64,000 bases of DNA from positions 206,274,001-206,338,000 of the forward strand of contig NC_042997.1 of assembly GCF_006345805.1 (NCBI RefSeq), written 5' to 3'. Each line of letters opens with the position of its first letter. Position 1 is the first letter of the stretch. The notes beneath the pieces are model-generated. The model had not been told where the DNA came from. It made no database searches and worked only from the letters and a program-made list of their open reading frames with translations. Source of the DNA: Octopus sinensis (taxonomy: Eukaryota). The position numbers were made by a program, and so were the translations under genes. Shown piece by piece: positions 1-64,000 of this stretch.

Positions 1-71
1 TATTATTTAGGTAGCGAACTAGCAGAATTGTTAGTAGGTCAGGCAAAATGCCTGATGGTATTCCATCGGTC

Positions 72-106
<35 letters not shown>

Positions 107-147
107 CATTATTATTATTATTTTGTTGTTGTTGTTGTTGTTATAAT

Positions 148-375
148 GTGAGAAGCTTATTGAATCAGTAGCACGCCAGACAAAATGCTTAGCAACATGT
201 CATCCATTTATGCAGTCTGAGTTCAGTCATCTGTGAATAACTTTGCCTTTCATCCTTTCAGGGTCAATAAAATGAATACTGGTCAAGCACTGACCAGTAT
301 TCATTTTGATGTGATGGACAAGCCCCCTCCTTTAAAATTTCAGGCCTTGTGCCTATAATCGAAAGGATTATTATT
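148..375 (+). mobile_element. Degenerate tRNA-derived SINE (family also at 54341 and 60093)
   Basis: Shares ctgagttca box B region, ctttgcctttcatccttt core and tcaggccttgtgcct end with the other copies. Confidence 0.7.
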
Positions 376-529
376 ATTGTTGTTGTTGTTGTTCCCTAAC
401 ACAGAGCTTTTATGTTTGGGTTGTATCTTTTGCTTTACTATTCAGCATATTAACAATCCCAAAACCATTGCTAACGGTCCAGGAGAGGCATACTAGCCCA
501 GACTTGGCTTGGCACATATGGTTACACTT

Positions 530-915
530 TTTTACTCTTTTACTTGTTTCACTCATTTGACCGTGGCCATGCTGGAGCACCACCCTTAGTCGAGCAAATC
601 AACCCCAGGACTTATTCTTTGTAAGCCTAGTACTTATTCTATCGGTCTCTTTTGCTGAACCACTAGGTTATGGGAACGTAAACACACTAGTATCAGTTGT
701 CAAGTGATGTTGGGGGGACAAACATACACACACACACACACACACACATACATATATATGACGGGCTTCTTTCAGTTTCTGTCTACCAAATCCACTCACA
801 AGGCTTTGGTTAGCCCAAGGCTATAGTAGAAGACACTTGCCCAAGGTACTATGCAGTGGGACTGAACCAGGAACCATGTGGTTCGTAAGCAAGCTACTTA
901 CCACACAGCCACTCC
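530..915 (-). mobile_element. tRNA-derived SINE (same family as 49265-49690)
   Basis: Reverse complement of the 49265 copy: head gtgtggtaagtagcttgc, tail tgactgaaacaagtaaaagagt. Confidence 0.8.
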
Positions 916-1175
916 TTGTTGAAGAAAAGCAAGACTTAGTAGTTCAATAGCAGCGGAAGATGAAAGATATGTCTTGTCAAGAAAAAGCATTACATTCAAG
1001 AACTCTCTTCATCCACACACTTAACTAAAACCTAAACTGCAAGGGTGAGGTTTAATGCTCCGGCCCATATGAAAGGATTATAAACATTAGGACTTTGACT
1101 ATCAGTCTCTCCACTACCACAAGTGAAAGTCCACGACAGAGTTGAGCTACTTTAACCATATGAATATAAACATAA

Positions 1176-1725
1176 ACAAGATGTGTTCAGAAGATGTCTG
1201 ACCTTTAGACATACAGAAAACCCCTTTGTACGTTTCACAAATTTTATTTAATCACCTTCAAAATATCCCCAGTGGGAGTTCACAATTTTCTCCCAGACCT
1301 TCTGTTGCTACTGGTAACACTTCTGGAGTGCCTTTCCTGGAATACTATGAAACTCTGTTGTTACTTTTCACATCATTTCCTCTCGCAGCTGAAATTGTGT
1401 CTCTTTCAGCATGGTTAGCATGGTTTTTAATTTTGTGGAAGAGCCAAAAGTCACGTGGTGCCAAGTCAGGAGTGTAGGAGGCCTGTCAAACAAATGGTGT
1501 GTTGTTCTTGACCAGGAGATCTTGGATTTGACTCTCTTATTGCACTGACACTCCCCACATGCACAGATCATTCATTAAAATGGAATGCATTATTTTCACA
1601 GCTTCCACAAACCAGATGTGGAACTTGCTGACAGAAAGCTACTGCAACTTTTCCATACCAACCACTCTGATGAGCACAGTCTTAGATAATCACCTAATTA
1701 CCCAATATCAGGTGCAAAACAAATT
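1176..1725 (-). mobile_element. Mariner transposase 3' relic
   Basis: Minus strand reads YTPDLAPRDFWLF (YSPDLAPxDF motif) and ends YFEGD*; stops and frameshifts. Partial paralogs at ~42430-42720 and ~58095-58260. Confidence 0.75.
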
Positions 1726-1769
1726 TGTAAGAATGGTTGAAATAGATTTATAATACTGAATAGTTTACG

Positions 1770-2215
1770 CTTAATATGTCCCCTCCGTGGTGGGGACACT
1801 GGCAACGGGTAGTGTCAGAGCTATGCCGTCGGGAACTTCGGTTCCTGGTAGGGCCACCCAAGGCGGATTGGTCTGACACCGAGTGATATTAGGGCCACAA
1901 CCTGGCAGACGGGGCTCTGGTAAAAATCCTCTGAGTGTCTGCTTTGGTAACTGGCGGCTCCTTGGTCGTTCTGTCTCTGCGTCTGCGTACAATCTGCGGC
2001 AAACAGGATGTCTCCACATGCGGGATTGTTGGGGACCGCTTGTGAAATCCACATATCCCCACAAAACTTCTTCCATGAGTAGAAGAAGCCGACACAACCC
2101 ACCCAGGGTGAATGTCGCCACAAGTACAAGTAAGTAATATACCCACTCTGTTGAAAAATGTATGAGTGCGTGTTTTTCTGACTTACAGACTCACAGACTG
2201 TATCATTATCCTCAT
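1770..2215. repeat. Unclassified GC-rich ~400-bp interspersed repeat (copies at ~42745, ~58275, inverted at ~52135)
   Basis: Near-identical text in four places; the overlapping ORFs on both strands have no motif I recognise. Confidence 0.75.
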
Positions 2216-2639
2216 CCTTGACAGGATCTGGTGACCACCAGATCTGTTTTAGGCTCCACGCTCAGCTTTGGCATGGTTTCTATGGCTGACTGGCTGGCTG
2301 GTTGCCCTTCATATTGCCAACCATTTTACAGTGTGCTTTTCTCATGGCACCAGCACTGGTGAGGTCACCAAGTATCTTGCAAAACAAAGCAAAGAATGGA
2401 AAAGGATAAAACTCCCCCAATGGAATTGGGTTGGGGAAGAGCCTTGATGCCAGGGGTAGAAATTCTAAAGTTTGCCAGAGGGTCAAGCATAGTTGTCTGG
2501 ATATAGGGGAGACTCATGACCTCCTCATATTTATGCAAGGGTGCATGACAGTATCTGGAGGGGAGAAAGATGGTGGTAATAGGGTTCCAGAGCACACTTT
2601 CCATAACTTAGTGGTTTATCAAAGGAGACTGATAGAATA

Positions 2640-2850
2640 AGTATCTGGCTTTAAAATATTAATGTATTTGGGTCGATTCATTTGACTAAAAATTCTTCAA
2701 GGTGGTGCCCCAGCATGGCCACATTCGAATGACTGAAAGAAGTAAAAGATAAAAGATATAACGGGGTTAATTCATTCAACTAAAAGCCTTCAAGGTGGTG
2801 CCCCAGCATGGCCACATTCGAATGACTGAAAGAAGTGAATGATACACACA
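2640..2850 (+). repeat. SINE/LINE 3' tail, tandemly doubled (paralog ~59180-59385)
   Basis: aaggtggtgccccagcatggccacattcgaatgactgaaagaagt occurs twice in tandem. Confidence 0.75.
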
Positions 2851-2888
2851 CACACACACACACACTGATATTTGTCTATTTTTTTCAG

Positions 2889-61485
<58,597 letters not shown>

Positions 61486-61578
61486 GTTGGTTGACGTATT
61501 TGTTGTTTTATGTTGATATTTTTGGAATTCATCGAAAAAAATATTCTGCAACAAAGGAAGGAAATAGAAACAAAAATA

Positions 61579-62816
61579 TAGTACTGTGCAAAAGTCTTTG
61601 GCCACTTTAAACAATTGCAAATTTCTAGTAATTGCCAACTTATAAGTGGATTTGTCACATTGTGTTTGTTTACAGATGAAACATTGGCCCTGTTGGAGTT
61701 AATTCCATACTTAATCATTGTATTTTGTAGTAGAAGTTCCGAATGAGAGGGGAAGATGTGATGAGGCTTTCTGACAAATTCTCACTTATATGTTGGCACG
61801 TTAAGAGCACCATTCGATCGTGGCCGTTGCCAGCCTCGCCTGGCCCCCGTGCCGGTGGCACGTAAAAAGCACCCACTACACTCACAGAGTGGTTGGCGTT
61901 AGGAAGGGCATCCAGCCATAGAAACATTACCAGATCTGACTGGGCCTGGCGCAGCCTTCTGGTTTCCCAGACTCCAGTTGAACCGTCCAACCCATGCTAG
62001 CATGGAAAGCGGATGTTAAACGATGATGATGATGATGATGATGTTACACAATGAAAACCGTGAAGTTTGTGGGAAAGAGTCTGATGCTTTGGGTATACAT
62101 AAAAAGTGATGGTTCAAGAAAATTGGTTAAAATTAATGGTAACTTGAATAGTGCCAAATGCATCCAGTTGCTGAAGGACAATTTGGATGAAGGTGAGATT
62201 TTTCAGCTTAATGGAGCTCCATTCCTCAGTTTGCATGCAACACAACAGAATCTGGCTGATGAAAGTGTTACTGTATTGAAAGACTGGCCAGCCCAGAGTC
62301 CTGACTTAAATATTATCAAGCAAATGTGGACAGAACTAAAGAGGAGAGTCCATCAGAAGAATCCATGCAATTTTGAAGAACTATGGGAGCTCAACCACAA
62401 AGAATGGCATCTCATACCTATAAAGATGGATTTGTACACATCTCTTCCCAGGCGCATTGAAGACATTTTTAAAGCTAAGGGAAGCCACATGGAATATTAA
62501 CAATGCACAGTAACTTCTTGAAATGTGCATTATGTAATAAATTTTCATTATAGACATTTTTTCTGTTTTAAAACACTGAATCTTGATTGGTTTATGTAAG
62601 GTGGCTGAAAACTTTTGGATGGCCATTTTTGATGGTCATCTCACGTCTTCCCCTCTCATTCAGAATTCCTACTACAAAATATAATGATTAGGTATGGAAA
62701 TTACTCCAACAGGGTCAATGTTTCATCTATGAAAAATGCAATGTGAAACATCCACTTATAAGTTGGCAATCAGTAGAAATTTACAATAGTTTAAAGTGGC
62801 CAAAGACTTCTTACTG
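61579..62816 (+). mobile_element. Tc1-family element, internally deleted, ~200-bp TIRs, TA TSD
   Basis: TIR agtctttggccactttaaac...; TA at 61577-78 and 62817-18. ORF 62051-62500 has TVKF, FQLNGAP, WPAQSPDLNIIK, with the second D and the E mutated. Empty site caaaaaTAtggaa in units 1 and 2. Confidence 0.9.
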
Positions 62817-64000
62817 TATGGAATTATTTTGTAAATTTATTTGTTGGTGTCTTAGAATTCTTCAGTTGGAATGTTGGAATCTTTGATGTGTCTTCATGGC
62901 CCTGTCTTCCATACTTTTAGGTTAGCTTGGTTTTCTTCAACTCTTCCATTCCATGATTTAATTCTTTGTAACTTGATATGGATTCAGTATAGCTACCTCC
63001 ACCACCACCACCACCACTACCTACCCACAACATCCTTCAACAATTCCATTTTGGTTACTGACCAACCAAAAATGTGTTAATGGCACCACCAGAACACTGA
63101 TGGTTTTCTTTCATTTCTGTTCTTCAAAGTGGAACGCTTTGGAAACACTTTCCACAATTCTTTACATTTCTTCTCAAAGTTGGTTTGACGTGCTAGTAAT
63201 AGCAGCCAAGTGTCTCTTAAATCACAGTCTGCTGTCGTCCAAATTGGCAGAGTTGTTAAGGTGTCAGATAGGAAACCTTCTAATCTATGTTTCAGCCCTT
63301 GGCATTCTGAGTTCAAATCCTGCTGGTGCCATACTAGCCTTTTATTCCTTCACAATTCATAAAAATGTCCATCTTCTCTGTTGGATTCATAGAAGTAGAA
63401 GAATGACAGAAGATCTTCTGTGGTGTTCGTTTCAGTACTTGGCATTCTGATTTCAAATCCTGCCATGGCAATGCTGGATTGTGAACTTAATCCATCATTT
63501 CGTTTCGCACCAACCCTTGCCACCGTGGCTGTATTTACTGAAATTCCCTCTGATACAAGTATTTCAGTGAGTTCTCTTATTGGAGGGCTGTACTAGGCCC
63601 CAATTGTCTGTTTTGGCATGGTCTCTATGGCTGGATGCCCTTCTTAATGCCAACCACTTTACTGAGCGAACTGAGTACCTTTTACATGGCACCAGCACAG
63701 GAGCTCTACATGTGGCACCAGCACAGGTGATTTATGTGTGGCACCAGCAGGGACAAGTACTTTTTACATGGCTCCAGCACAGATGAGCTCTGATGGCCAG
63801 GACGTGTCAACTGAGAGGAGGAGTGGAAGCAAAAGGACCAAGGAGATACTTGGTTATCTCAGCCAGGCAAGAAAGGAGAGGAAGTTAGGAGAGACAGAGA
63901 GACAATCAGAGGGTGAGAGAGAGAGAGAGAGAGAGAGAACTTACCTACAGGGAACAGTGGGTATAGTAAAGACGAGATAGAGGGGCCAACAATGGGAATG

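Noticed and set aside
1-2888. Exon D of a preceding module
   Set aside because: No ttttaacag...EGFHSK exon found; it is presumably upstream of the window.

Overview
Eukaryotic, AT-rich, repeat-dense genomic DNA with no prokaryotic features. The SINE/LINE/(TA)n repertoire resembles what I recall from Octopus genomes; that taxon call is an inference. The whole window lies inside one + strand spliced gene that the ORF track misses. I found 11 GT-AG exons forming a 4-exon module (A phase 1>0, B 0>0, C 0>0, D 0>1) repeated three times: A1-B1-C1-D1, A2-B2-C2-D2, A3-B3-C3. They splice into one uninterrupted frame of about 639 codons encoding three tandem macrodomains of the PARP9/14/15 type, and the gene runs off both ends of the window. 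Differences between copies are mostly non-synonymous and cluster in the predicted ADP-ribose pocket loops, while the neighbouring introns are nearly identical. This suggests a recently amplified, diversifying macrodomain array. The introns contain a 30-copy ~331-bp satellite next to a 5-copy ~160-bp G-rich array, a near-full-length Penelope-like element, CR1-like and RTE LINE fragments, Tc1/mariner and hAT relics, and tRNA-derived SINEs. They also contain four head-to-head inverted pairs of Penelope-type minimal hammerhead ribozymes, one pair inside a spacerless ~478-bp palindrome. All alignments and counts were done by eye, and transposon boundaries are approximate.
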